DNA of 64,000 nucleotides, counting the filler, from Sphacelaria rigidula (Eukaryota), in assembly GCA_964200075.2 (NCBI GenBank). It is 11 parts of 11 records of this genome, joined end to end, with 100 filler letters (N's around TTAATTAATTAA, not from the genome) between each part and the next. Parts side by side here need not be neighbours in the genome. Positions count along the whole stretch, not along the records: positions 34,978 to 40,706 come from CAXNAA020024904.1; positions 40,807 to 46,535 come from CAXNAA020024905.1; positions 46,636 to 52,364 come from CAXNAA020024906.1; 8 more parts are not named here. One strand, 5' to 3'. The notes beneath the pieces are model-generated. The model was not told the DNA's origin and searched no databases. It worked only from the letters and a program-made list of their open reading frames with translations. This document shows, one piece after another, positions 37,890 through 49,432 of this stretch. How positions within the stretch are numbered: position 1 is the stretch's first letter; each line of letters opens with the position of its first letter. Made by a program: the position numbers and the translations under genes.

Positions 37890-40800
37890 TATAGACACAC
37901 ATCCTACCCGAGCGCGCCAAGCAACCCTTGGATGTTTTGCTCTCGGGGACAGTTCAGGGGTCGTACAGTAAGATGAAGAACGGTACAATACTACAGTACA
38001 CACGCAGATGCAAACAGTGCAGTAGTTTGTACCTATGTTCAAACATCCAACAGCCATCGGATGAAATCCGGCGCGTTGACCTAAAGTACGTAAACTACCA
38101 GTCGTTTTCTGCGTTACCAAGGGCAACAAAATCTCAACTACCCCGAAGCAGCATATGGGGAGTATACCTTTCGATATACGAGGAATCCAGCCACGAACCA
38201 TAGCTTGAACGGAATGTCTCAACCCTTTGACCGCAAGGGTAGATTATCTGACTCGAACAATATCTTCGCGAGACTTGGAACGGCTTTTGTTCTCGGGACG
38301 GGAGCTTTATGTTATTCACACCAAGGCGGTCTAATCGTCCGAAACGGCTGTCTCCCTCCTGAAAGGCCGTGATCAGACGGGAAATCAGCGCAATCAGATT
38401 CAAAATCGATGACGCCTTCCATGAGATAAACATGTGCATTTGTTTGTTTCTTCATTGTTGAGACCTATTTTTCCTTATAACCTTGCACTGACTTCGTCGA
38501 TTGCAAATCGTTTTGCACCAGAACTCCCGTCCGATCACTGCAAAGTGATAAGGGTGACATCCAACCGCTGAAAGACAGCAGGGTAGTCCCTTGCCCAGGA
38601 TCAACCCTTGCGTGACAATTTGCTTACAGTCAACTTCCAGTGCCACTATCACAATCGATCTGTTAAAGGTGTCACAACCTTGTGTAGAATCGAATCAGAT
38701 ATGATACACCCAAGAGATCATTGGATAGCTTTAGTTCTCCACGACCCAGTCACAGGAGCAGAAGACGGCGGAAGGGGACACCTGTGGCTGGAGTTGCAAT
38801 GGCGATGCAGTATATCCGACATCAGCTAAACCAGTGTCTGTCTGTCGAATTTATTGATCGTCCACGCTGCAAACGCTGTGAACGCCATGCCCAAAAACTG
38901 TATGCAAGGGTCTGTCGAGAGAAATTTTTCGGACACGTAGACCCCCTTCCCCCCCCCCCCGGAGGGCATTTTTTCGAAAATAGTCATGTTTTTTTGTCAT
39001 AATGATGGAATGACTAATAGACTGGCTGAGGTCACTCAGTACGAGTACCAGGAGATACCATTGGGTCCAGCTAACCCAAGCTCTCACGTGGGCACACCGT
39101 ACGACCTATAGCTATCCATCATGAACAATCATGGAGTAGGCTCATTCATGTGTAGACTGCCAGTTTGGAACTCACGTGTTTCATAGCGTCATGTTATATC
39201 TACAAGCAGCTCTCTTACTCAGTACAGCCGGCGCAGCCATAGGAGCAGAGCGTAGTGATGGTCCAGAGTAGAGACCAAGGCAAGCCGGTAACTGATTGAG
39301 GTGGGTCGACACCATCAGTGTTTCGCCGGGGGTTAGTGTCACGTTTCCCACCACCACCCCCAAAATGAAGACGCGGCGGAGTCTAAGAAGTGTACAGAAG
39401 ATAATAGAGCAACTAAAGCGATACGCGGCTGTAGTATGTATCTGAAACTACCTTCTCATCCCAGTCCGGCTCGATTCCACCCAGTAAAGCTCACAAAAGT
39501 ACTGCTTTTTTGTACAAGCGAGAAAGTCACTTTCCAACATATCCGTCCTTTACGCATCATAAGATTACTCACCGCTGACGGACGTCATGAAGCCGAAACT
39601 CTACAGGCAGGTTCTACTGGACACCAGCCGTCGATCAAGCCCTGGCAGACGTCAATTGAATGTCAAAACAGTGCAATATCCGAAGTAGATGATCTTCACT
39701 TCACCCCAACTTCCAATTTCTTGACAAGGGCATTGGCTGCCAAGAAGTGGAGGACTGATAGGTACGCGTTGTTTTTACACAGAGCAATTCGATTTGTGTC
39801 GATAGCTGCCGTGTGCGTCGAGATATTGCCATCTCGGTGGCGGGTCTTATAACATGTGAGGTGCGGCGTGAAAACCCATCGGGTCACATGTGTGATATCC
39901 ACATTGAGCAGGTAGTAATTGCGCCGCGTCCATTTGGTTTACAACGTGGGGAATATCTTCTCCCGCAAGCATACATGCAACAATTAACATTGCCCGCCAG
40001 TGGCAAAGATGTTCCAGACATGTGCTTGTCATTGTCGCTGGGGCGGCGCATGAAGCGTGCTTACGGGATCGCCGCGCAAGGTGTAAACGCACACTTGATT
40101 GAGTGATTGATTGATTATCTCACATTAGCTGGTTGCTACAATCCGGCCCGTGGTCAGGAGCAGCAAAAATAGAACAGAATAATAAAAACAAAGAAAAAAG
40201 AAAGGACCAGAGAAAGACAGGAGGAACGACCTCAGAAAGGAAAGAAAGGGGGCAGCGATAACAACAAAAAACACCACCACCACCACCACCACCACCAAGC
40301 AACGACAACAACAAAATAACGACGAACAAACACAAGCACGAGCAACACAAAAATATGATCGCGCATTACGTAGCTGATTGCAACACTCCAGCTCGTGGTC
40401 AGAGAAAAAAAAAGAGAAAAATGAAAAAAATGAAAGAAAAAGAACACTCACGGTCTGCCGATTCCTTGTGTCGTCAGTGATACTGTAAGCTATCGGAAAC
40501 AAAAGAGAGATACCACGGAAACTGCGTCAGGGCTTGCTTCGAAGCACACGTAGTCACACCGACTGTGCGGCGTGATGGGGGCCGAGGTTTGGTGAGCAAT
40601 ACTGAAGAATTAGGGACGACTGCTGCCGAGATAGCCCCCCCCCCAAACCGGCCGAAAACGTGCTCGAAGGCGATGATCATAACTGCCGTTAAAGGTGGTT
40701 TCGTGCNNNNNNNNNNNNNNNNNNNNNNNNNNNNNNNNNNNNNNNNNNNNTTAATTAATTAANNNNNNNNNNNNNNNNNNNNNNNNNNNNNNNNNNNNNN

Positions 40801-41571
40801 NNNNNNATGAGGCGCTTCATACAGCCTGAACCCGAACATCAGGCGCTGTATGGCTATTTTTTTCGTGACACTTTTAGCTGGTTTTGGGGGGGGGGGCTAT
40901 CGTAGAAAGTGTCGAGTACACTTGAGCCAAATTTCTCGTGGTGAACTTAGTAGCGTTGTGTACACCCTAGCTTCCATTCGGCTTGGACCCCAGTTCCCAC
41001 CAGAGGGCCAGATCTATACATAGTTCAAGCCTTTTACCATCTTGGCACGCTGCGTGTATCTAATAAAACGTTCTTCACACCGAGCTTCATCACGATGGGG
41101 TACCTTCCATGCACATCAACTATCGAGTTAAACCTTCCTCCTTCGGCAGAATCTACCGCAAGGCTGCCAGTGTTCATTTGCAGGGATGTTTTCCTCTCCA
41201 GCATCTCAGGGGGGTACAGAGCACCTGAGTAACCCTTATAACAGTAGATACTATGTGGGGAAGTACATGACCTCCGAGGAGTTGTCTCCGAATGATCGAT
41301 TGGGAATGACCGGAGGAAAAATCACGGTACCTTGAATCGTGAGGAGATTAGCGCGTCGAGGCTATACCTTTGAGTAGCGACAGACGTTTGATGCACATCT
41401 GCCGGACGAATGGAGTGGCATTACTACAACCGCGTAATTGATGAGATACAGCAGGGGTCACGATGATCAACCGGAGAAAGTACAGCAACAAGCGAACATA
41501 CGCATAGAACTGTGCATGCGCACGAGAGACGAGTGGGCAAGAGACAAGTGATTGGCGTGTCATTTCCTCGC

Positions 41572-42435
41572 CTGCTGTGTTGTTTCTGATGATGGTGTCG
41601 TTCATCTGTACGAACCCAGCTGCCACCACTATGGCGCCGCCGCCTCTCCCGGCAATGTTATTCTCAAAAGTGCAGTTGATCAGCTGAAGCGCCTGATTTT
41701 CCCCGTCCTTGGAGCCCCCTCCAGGGCGACTCAATACCATACCTCCGCCGTTCAGGGTCGCCGAATTAGATGTGAAGCGTGCCGCGCTGATGACACTGTC
41801 GAAAGCAGGTCCGTCGAGGTACACTGCCCCGCCCGTCGGCGCCCTGTTATTTTCGAACACCGAACTCTTGGCTTCCAAAGTCAATGCAAATTTGCCCTCG
41901 AACGAAAGCGCGCCACCGAACAGGGCCGCAATGTTGTTACCGAAGGCGACCGAGCTTTCGTCCCCGAAGAAGGCCAGAGTGGAATCGGAGGCAAGAACTG
42001 CGCCACCCGAGCCACCCGCCGTGTTTTCGTGAAAAGAGCTGTTTCCGGTGAAAATTACTTTGCTCCCATCATCAATATATACGGCACCTCCGTCCGAGTT
42101 CGCTATATTTTCCTTGAACATCGTTTCTCCCGCGAACGCCAACAGAGAGCCCTCTATCGCCGCAACGCAGCCTCCCTCCAACCCGGCACTGTTTCGATGG
42201 CACACGGTCTCCCCCGCGAAGGAAACATTCGATCTTATCACTGAAATCGCGCCCCCTGTTGCGCTGGCGCCGTTGTTGAAAAAGCTGCAGTCCTTGCACG
42301 TCACGTTCGCAAGGTCCCCTGCTATTGCCCCACCCATCGTCCCGTTGCCGTATTCCATGGTGACGTTTGACAGGCTGAGAGCAGCAGAGGTCACATTGAA
42401 GAGCGAAAACCCACCGTTGCCTTCTATCGTGGCAT
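41572..42435 (-). CDS. Internal exon of a polymorphic-membrane-protein-like (GGAI/FxxN repeat, beta-helix) surface protein
   Basis: About nine repeats of (F)xxNxAxxxGG(A)(I/V), e.g. FFNNGASATGGAI, FKENIANSDGGAV, FENNRAPTGGAV. Acceptor at ~42435 or 42423; probable GC donor CAG|GCGAG at 41572. Confidence 0.85.
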
Positions 42436-44528
42436 CTATCAATACGATGGCCGGGAGGCCGATGTTAGGGGCATAAAACGTGCAAGGGATGGGCGCCGGT
42501 GCAAGCAAGACACATGTAGAAAACAGTTTTTTTACAGCTTATGAAAATGTCGACTTTTACGGTCGCCACATGGGCGGTGTATCCCTCACTTGTACCGCAC
42601 CTCGAATCAGTGAAAGGCGAGATGCGCGGGCGTTTCGAACAATCTACATGCCGTAGCATTGCGGCTTGCAACTCACGGCCTCGGCAGCTCTTCTTCAAAT
42701 TTACGATAACTTGAACGAAGTGTTGTCTCTGCACGCGACAATACTTCACGAATCTTGACCCTGATTGTTCTTTCTTGCCTTCCGGCCTTTCACATATAGT
42801 TAAATGATAAACAGTGAGGTGACAATCACAGGTGGCCAGTATGAAATTCTTGTGTTTGACATTGACCAAGACTTACGTTATCTACTATGCAAAACTTGGC
42901 AACGTTACAAGGTGCGTTGTGCAAAAGTTGACAATGTACATCAGCGACAGTTTTCAAGGTCTGCGAGGCTTTTTGGACACAGGTTGGCAACGTGTTGACT
43001 ACTGACTTTGCGGCCAAGGGATTATGATAATGACAGTATCGATACCACTATATGTGATTGTTCTCACATACTCTCAAACACTCATACTACCAACACCAAT
43101 TCTTTGTCGTCCAAAGTCAACACTAAACTCGAGTAGTGGTCAAACCGCGAGTATCACGCACGTTACTTAATATCAAGTCTTGTCCTGAAGTACTGATTCG
43201 AGTAATTATTGCGTGTATCGAGTGACGTATCATCGGGACTGCTTCTGGATGAATAGCCTGATCGTCAGCGGAATACGTTGACGTTGATGTGGTCGTTGGC
43301 GTGGGTGATTGCTGACCACCGGAGCGGATGGCGTTTGTGTGCTGAATGATTCTGCAATAAACTTTTGGTTTGGGATATGGTCGACAAAAAGGCGTGTTGT
43401 CCACGTTGGACACTGTTGTGCTTCCCTGTCAGCAAGCAAAATCGTAGAGTTGAAACTGATGAAGTCATTTCATCATGATTTGGGGGTCAACTCCGATGGC
43501 GACCTTGGGAAGCTACAGTCCTCATCAAACCAGACATGCCAATGAGTGATGTGTTACGATTTAGCGAGTGTACATTAATCATTTTTTAATTCCACATTTG
43601 AAAATTCTGTGACATGAGCAACCCATTGCGTCAAGTCCAGCGCATGCATGAATAAATCAGACTACGTTTATTGATTGCTAGGGACAGCGTCTGGGAAACC
43701 AACCTCTTTGGTTAGGGACCTAGATGCATCCTACTACACAACACAGTCAGGATGCGCGTACACAACACAGTCAAAATGCGCGTATGCTGGTGCTTTCTTT
43801 TCTGTACTGTACTGCTGTAGAACAGACTCTGCATATCGTGCTTATCCCTACAGATAGCAGTACAGTAGTATGTAAATATAGTCTAGTGGTACAAAAATAA
43901 ATCGCCACTGTGCGCAACGGTCCGGACGCCATGGAAGCTGTGGTCCCGTTGCAGAGCAGTTTGGGATAAGTTCGCCCTCTTTTTTCTTGTTTTTAACCCG
44001 TCACTTCTACAACTCACTTTTTTGTAGGGGTATAGGTCTTGTACCTAACCCGGGAATTTATAAATTGGGGGTGGGGTTTTATTGAGGATGAGAATACGGG
44101 GAATTGAAATCTTCGTATCCACACCAAATCTTCGAAATATAATTCTACTCCTTCACCTACTGGTAGCTATTAAGTGTCGTATCCCCTTGTTTTCTTTCGG
44201 TGAGTTTTCCCCCCTTATTTTGCACTCTGATCCTGAGATATTTGCACTCTGAAATGTCGAAAGAGCGTTTTCCGAAACTCTCTATTGTTAGCCGTGTTTT
44301 GTTTTTTCTTCTGCACATTTCCTTCGGATTCTGCAGCATCCACGCCGTTATCGGATGGTTCTTAAATGACATTTCCACACAAAATCTCCTACTGGGAAAA
44401 CCTTCATCACCTTCACATGTACCCGCGCGGTCATCACGCACTACGCCATGCCTCTCCTTTTCACACTCACCCGCGCACAGGGAGATATTTTTGAACAAGA
44501 GCTTTTAGCCACGCTGTCTTCTTTTTTA

Positions 44529-44789
44529 GAGTGATGCTGCGATAGAGTCAGCACTTTTACCGCCTGAGAGTAGAATTGTTAGGAACTCTTTATCTAATCC
44601 AAAACACGACTTTCGAAATAGGTGAGAATACTCCAGGGTTTTTCTTCCAATTTGCTAGGGATATCCCGAATAAATTTGCAAACGGTGATGATATCCTGAC
44701 CCATATTCTTGTGTAGTTCCTAATTTTAGGAACCCCTGAATCAGGCCGGTTTTGCCCCCAAAAGTGCAGACCCTATCACAACATCACTC
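44529..44789. mobile_element. Sola2-like MITE, divergent subfamily
   Basis: GAGTGATGCTGCGATAGAGTCAGCACTTTT...AAAAGTGCAGACCCTATCACAACATCACTC with flanks TTTA/TTCA. The interior (GGGATATCCCGAATAAA, GACCCATATTCTTGTG) is shared with 47105-47368. Confidence 0.7.
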
Positions 44790-45072
44790 TTCATCTATTT
44801 TTCACCGCCGTGCTCTCGCTTGCGATTCGGGCCCCCGCGCCCACTGGGGGCGCGGGAACCCCTCAGTACCCTAGTATTTCGTCATCCATACGGTCCCAAT
44901 GTAAATTGACCCGGTAATATGTTGTCACCCACACGACCCCGAAATATACTGAATGTACAATATGTTGTCATCAATTCGAGCTCAATACATATACTGGTCG
45001 TGCAACATGCCGTCGCCCACACGGCCCCAATATATATTTATGGGACAATATGTGTACAATCCCATGGGGTCG

Positions 45073-45107
<35 letters not shown>

Positions 45108-45491
45108 TGGGCGGACAATATATTTGCAGTGTCACGACACCAGATATATTCGGCGAGCAACACGTGTGCAGTCGTTCGGTACCAGTACATATTACGCCGG
45201 CGATAATTGCCATCTTCCAATATGATCGCCTTGTTGTGTATATTGAAGCCATATATTGCCCTGGATGTGGAAGAGCTTTCAGCGGACACGGTACTTACAC
45301 TCTGTCCTACGTGACGCTCATTTGTGCTGTGGACACCCCAGACTACCTGTGTTTCTTGCCCTCCTTCTACAATATGCCGCCTGCAGTCCTACAGGCGACA
45401 TGCCCTCCCAAACTCCTGTTCGCACGTGTGCCAAAATTGATACAATCTGAAATATATATTGTCTCTCTCTCCAACGTACGGAGACACTGTA

Positions 45492-45688
45492 ATGCGTGAG
45501 AGGATCGCGTGCTTAGAGGACCGCAGTCCAAAACACCCCAGTATCGACGTTTTTCGAAACCAATCGGGCCAGTTCTGCAGGAACCACGCCCCTGACCCTA
45601 ACCCCAACACTAACCCTAACCCCATCCCCAACCATAGGGATGTTCAAATTCAGATGCGGTCCTCTAAGCACGCGGTCCTCTCACGCAT
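45492..45688. mobile_element. TA-flanked MITE with ~34-bp TIRs and an internal telomere-like (CCCTAA)n tract
   Basis: TA-ATGCGTGAGAGGATCGCGTGCTTAGAGGACCGCA ... TGCGGTCCTCTAAGCACGCGGTCCTCTCACGCAT-TA (1 mismatch). Inside: CCCTGACCCTAACCCCAACACTAACCCTAACCCC. Confidence 0.85.
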
Positions 45689-46010
45689 TATAAACAACAC
45701 TCTCACAAGCTTTTTAAACGCCACTTTCTCCATTCGACATTACACGAAAAATAGAATCTTCGACTCCATCCTTCCCAGCATCTCGTCGACGTTGGCGTGT
45801 CAAGGGGCGGGGCTTTGGCAGTAGAAGAGTGCCCATCGCTTCGATGCTCAAATGATGATGCGTGACTGGCAAACCAATGGCGTGTCAAGCCGCACACGGG
45901 TTCAGCATCATCGGTCCTTCGCCGTTTAGGTAACATGGATAACCTTTATTGATCGCAGAGCCAAGGCCTGAGCCACCGTTTCAGACACACAGCTCTCACC
46001 TCGTCATGTA

Positions 46011-46312
46011 CGGTGGCTCAGTTTGCAACCTCGGAATCTTCTGACGGTTGAAAGGTTCAAATCTTGGTGAAGTCCCACGATCTGTGAAAATTTCTACTTT
46101 AAGGTCGAAGAGGGAAAGGGAGCGCTGAATTATTCTCGCGATAATGAAAAAGGAAAGCACCGCAGAAGGAAGGTGAAGTACGAAATTTGATCCCAGAATA
46201 AATATCTCCTCTGTTTACCTTCCTCGTATGACCCCGGCTGATGCGCCCACAAATACCGGAAGGTGTAGACTGGCGTGCAGAATAGATGGGATGACAACAC
46301 AACACACACCAT
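46011..46312 (+). mobile_element. Near full-length tRNA-derived SINE family A
   Basis: A-box GGTGGCTCAGTTTG, B-box GGTTCAAATC, the conserved family body, and a CA tail. Confidence 0.8.
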
Positions 46313-46635
46313 ACAGCGTATTGTCTATTCCACCGTTTCGACCTTGTACGCCAGAACTACGTCCCTAACGTGAAACGTGGGTGGGGTCAGGCGCAGATCT
46401 TCAAACCTGTATCGTGCGGTACCGTACAGCACGGTTCTGTACAGACTGCTGTTTCGAACCTCACTGTTGGAAATATGCACAGCCTGGCTGCTTGCATTGT
46501 GTGAGTTTTTACTCTGTAGCAAATTAGCGGGAAGANNNNNNNNNNNNNNNNNNNNNNNNNNNNNNNNNNNNNNNNNNNNTTAATTAATTAANNNNNNNNN
46601 NNNNNNNNNNNNNNNNNNNNNNNNNNNNNNNNNNN

Positions 46636-46708
46636 ACTATTATTATTAATATTATTATTACTATTATTATTACTATTATTATTACTATTATTATTACTAT
46701 TATTATTT
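46636..46708. repeat. (TAT/TAC)n microsatellite
   Basis: ACTATTATTATT units at the contig start. Confidence 0.9.
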
Positions 46709-46928
46709 TCGCACATTAGTCCGATCTCACGAACCCGTTGTCACATTTACATGGACTGGCTCTATACTATATCGCCGTTGAAATCTATTTTATATTAATG
46801 GAACCTGGCGAAATAGTGTTTGTTTTGCGCGATTTTTCTTCATTTATTGTGCAGCGAGTGTTACCGTTCTGCTGATGTTGCGTACATCCACCTTGTCACC
46901 ACGGCTGGATCCCTGATGAATCAGTTAA

Positions 46929-47096
46929 CCCTTTCGAGACTGGACCTCCATCAACTACTACCTAGGTGTGAGCGCCTGGTCTGCACGCAGGGGGCATATG
47001 TGAATCGGTATAATTTTCGGTCGTTTTCAAGTGAAAATGATGCCGATTCACAATGGTGCCCTGATCCCCGGTTTGTTCACTCTGATCTCAAAAGGG
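46929..47096. mobile_element. piggyBac-like MITE
   Basis: TTAA-CCCTTTCGAGAC...GATCTCAAAAGGG-TTGA, with internal GATGCCGATTCA. Confidence 0.7.
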
Positions 47097-47104
47097 TTGA
47101 TGAT

Positions 47105-47368
47105 AAGTGATGCTACGGTAGGGGTACACAAATAATCTCTGAGGTTAAAATTGTTAGGAGCCCTTTATCTCATCCAAAACACGACTTATGAAAATATGCG
47201 AGAGCACGCCAGGATTACTATTACTATTCCAATGTGCTGGGGATATCCCGAATAAACCTGCAAAACGGGGATGCCCTGACCCATATTCTTGTGCGTCTAG
47301 AATCGTTAGGAGCCCCTGAACGAGACATAATTTCGCGAAAAAAGTGCACCCCTACCGTAGCATTGCTC
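47105..47368. mobile_element. Sola2-like MITE, 4-bp TSD TGAT
   Basis: AAGTGATGCTACGGTAGGGGT...ACCCCTACCGTAGCATTGCTC. TGAT at 47101-47104 and 47369-47372. Opposite orientation to 26115-26369. Confidence 0.8.
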
Positions 47369-47856
47369 TGATGTGGGATAATCAATCGATCAATCAGTGA
47401 CGCCGCGTCTTACAATAGCACATTTTTTTTGGATCGAAAACATGCTGTGGAAAAGGAAACTTCCGATCTGATACGTTGTAATTTCAGGTTTCGTCATTTT
47501 ATGTTGAAATCACGACCTGTCGGATCGGAGTTTTTCTCCTCCACCGCACTCTTTCGATAGGAAAATGATGTGCTAAGGCACGCCCTCAGTCAGTCACTCA
47601 ATCACTCAATCAATCAACCAACAACCAACCAACCAACAAACAAACGGGAATGAACGGTTTTTCTTCGGCTTAGTCCTTGATTTTATTTTCTTCATACTTT
47701 GCAGGCGGATGACGGGGAGATTCGGGTGGGACAAATTGATACGATGCTGTTGACCTTTTTTTCTTTTATTTTCTTCCCCAGTAGTGAAAAGCCGTTGTTT
47801 TCCCGTCGTCACAATGCCTTGTGTCTTTTCCGTTCTTTTTACTGGCTTGCCTTCAG

Positions 47857-47969
47857 CATGGCGACGCTGATAGGTTTGTGCCTGAGGGTGAAGCTGCTGC
47901 GGTCATTACCCTCCAGGTTCAAGGTCACCGTCGAAATTGCACCGGGAGCACATTCGTCAGAGGCGGCAG
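47857..47969 (+). CDS. CIAO2B: Internal exon of cytosolic Fe-S assembly component CIA2 (FAM96B/MIP18/AE7)
   Basis: (S)[37 protein letters not shown], with a polypyrimidine tract plus CAG acceptor and a G|GTAGGT donor. Confidence 0.92.
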
Positions 47970-48244
47970 GTAGGTGGGGAAGAGACCATGTTGGTGATGC
48001 TCCATTTGGGAGTTATCCTACGATGTAAGGGTGAAGGGTATTTTGGGATATTTCTTCCGCGAAAATGCTACTTCATTTCGTCTTTGAAAGCAGCAAATTT
48101 TGTTCGAAAGCGCTTGGTCAAAATATTGAACACTTATTGGTGCTGCTTGACACCGTTTTCACCCCAACAATGCAAGCTCACCGCAAGTGTGTTGGGTCGT
48201 CTAACACACTTATGAACCCCTGTTTTTCGTGAATTCAACCCCCC

Positions 48245-48847
48245 CCCCCTCACCCACTCGTGGCTGTCTCTGGAAGTGGCGGTACCAGAAAATGAAGCGG
48301 CTCATGCAAGGCTGTCATCCATTTTGTTTTTCTTCGTCACACTTTGAACCTCTCCCCGTCATCGGGATAAGCCCGTGGTCTCAAGGGGACCAACCCATCT
48401 CTCCCCCGGTACGCGCCTTTCATTTTGGTCTCGCGGATTGGGTCAGCACTCCCGCACCGCGTCAACTCACGTAACACAAATCCAGTCGACTACCTTGTTT
48501 ACTCACGTTCTCACGCTTATGGAAATCGTACATTACGAAGAAAAACCCAACGCATCGAGAATCGAACCCTAGTTTTCTCCACCCTAATGACGACGATCGG
48601 ACTATGACACCACCGGGGCGCGGCGGCATGCAAGGTAATGAGTATGTTTGGGACCGAGCAATCTTAGCAGGATACAGCCAAGCCTTCATGCGACTCGCCG
48701 AACACATCACGGTGCTTTGCGCTTGGTGATTGATCGCGAGTCTGGTCCGGCGAAAACCCGGCGTGCTGCGTCCTGACTTCGTAGGGATGCGAGATCAATG
48801 GTCTTGTGACTACGGCACGTAAGATCATAAGTACACCCACCCCCCCT
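48245..48847 (+). mobile_element. Near full-length C-run-flanked element interrupted by a SINE B at 48322-48624
   Basis: C-run, then CGTGGCTGTCTCTGGAAGTGGCG..GCTGTCATCCA [insert] ATGCAAG..CTTAGCAGGATA..GACTCGCCGAACACATCACGG..GATCATAAGTACA, then a C-run. Confidence 0.8.
48322..48624 (-). mobile_element. tRNA-derived SINE family B (other copies 55415-55640, 52265-52364, 23320-23428)
   Basis: Minus-strand head GCCCCGGTGGTG..GGTTCGATTCTCG (B-box), shared body GTGGTCTCAAGGG..CAA.CCATCTCTCC, and an A-rich tail. Confidence 0.75.
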
Positions 48848-49134
48848 TATCGTAGGGTCACTTTTGATCGACAAGAGATTGTGTTGGTCATACTCCATTT
48901 AAGGCGCATGGTTGTTTCGGTGTTTCTTCCCTATACCGTATACATACTTGGTGGCAGGGTTCACAAACCCGCGGGGAAGTCTCCGACGGAGAGTGTCGGC
49001 TTGGCATACCCAACACACACAAAATGAGTGCAGATAATAGGATGCACACATATCCTCACCGCTAGCCGGCGATGAGCTTTACCTCTACGAGCCTGTTCTC
49101 CCCAAAGAAGGTACGAAGAGGCTCATTAGTGGGG

Positions 49135-49432
49135 AGCCGGGGGGAGGAGGACGCTGTGCTGATGGGCACGCATGCTGTAGTCATAAGACCATTGACCTGG
49201 CATCCCTCCAAAGCCGCGAGGGAGCATGCCGGGTTTCCGCCGGACCAGGCTCGCGATCAATCACGAATCGTGAAGCGCCGTGATGTGTTCGGCGCGTCGC
49301 ATCAGGGGTGAGCTATATCCTGCTGAGATTGTTCGACCCGAAGCGTACTGACTATCTTTCATATGGATGGCAGCCTACCATGAGTTGCTTCATTTACTGG
49401 TGTCACCACTTCCAGAGACAGCCACGCCTTAC
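49135..49432 (-). mobile_element. C-run-flanked element copy
   Basis: Colinear with the reverse complement of 48245-48847 without the insert. Confidence 0.8.

Noticed and set aside
1893..47969. Functional cluster of PIG-M, glycosyltransferase, PMP adhesin, USB1 and CIA2
   Set aside because: The genes lie on separate, artificially joined contigs, so their proximity carries no information.
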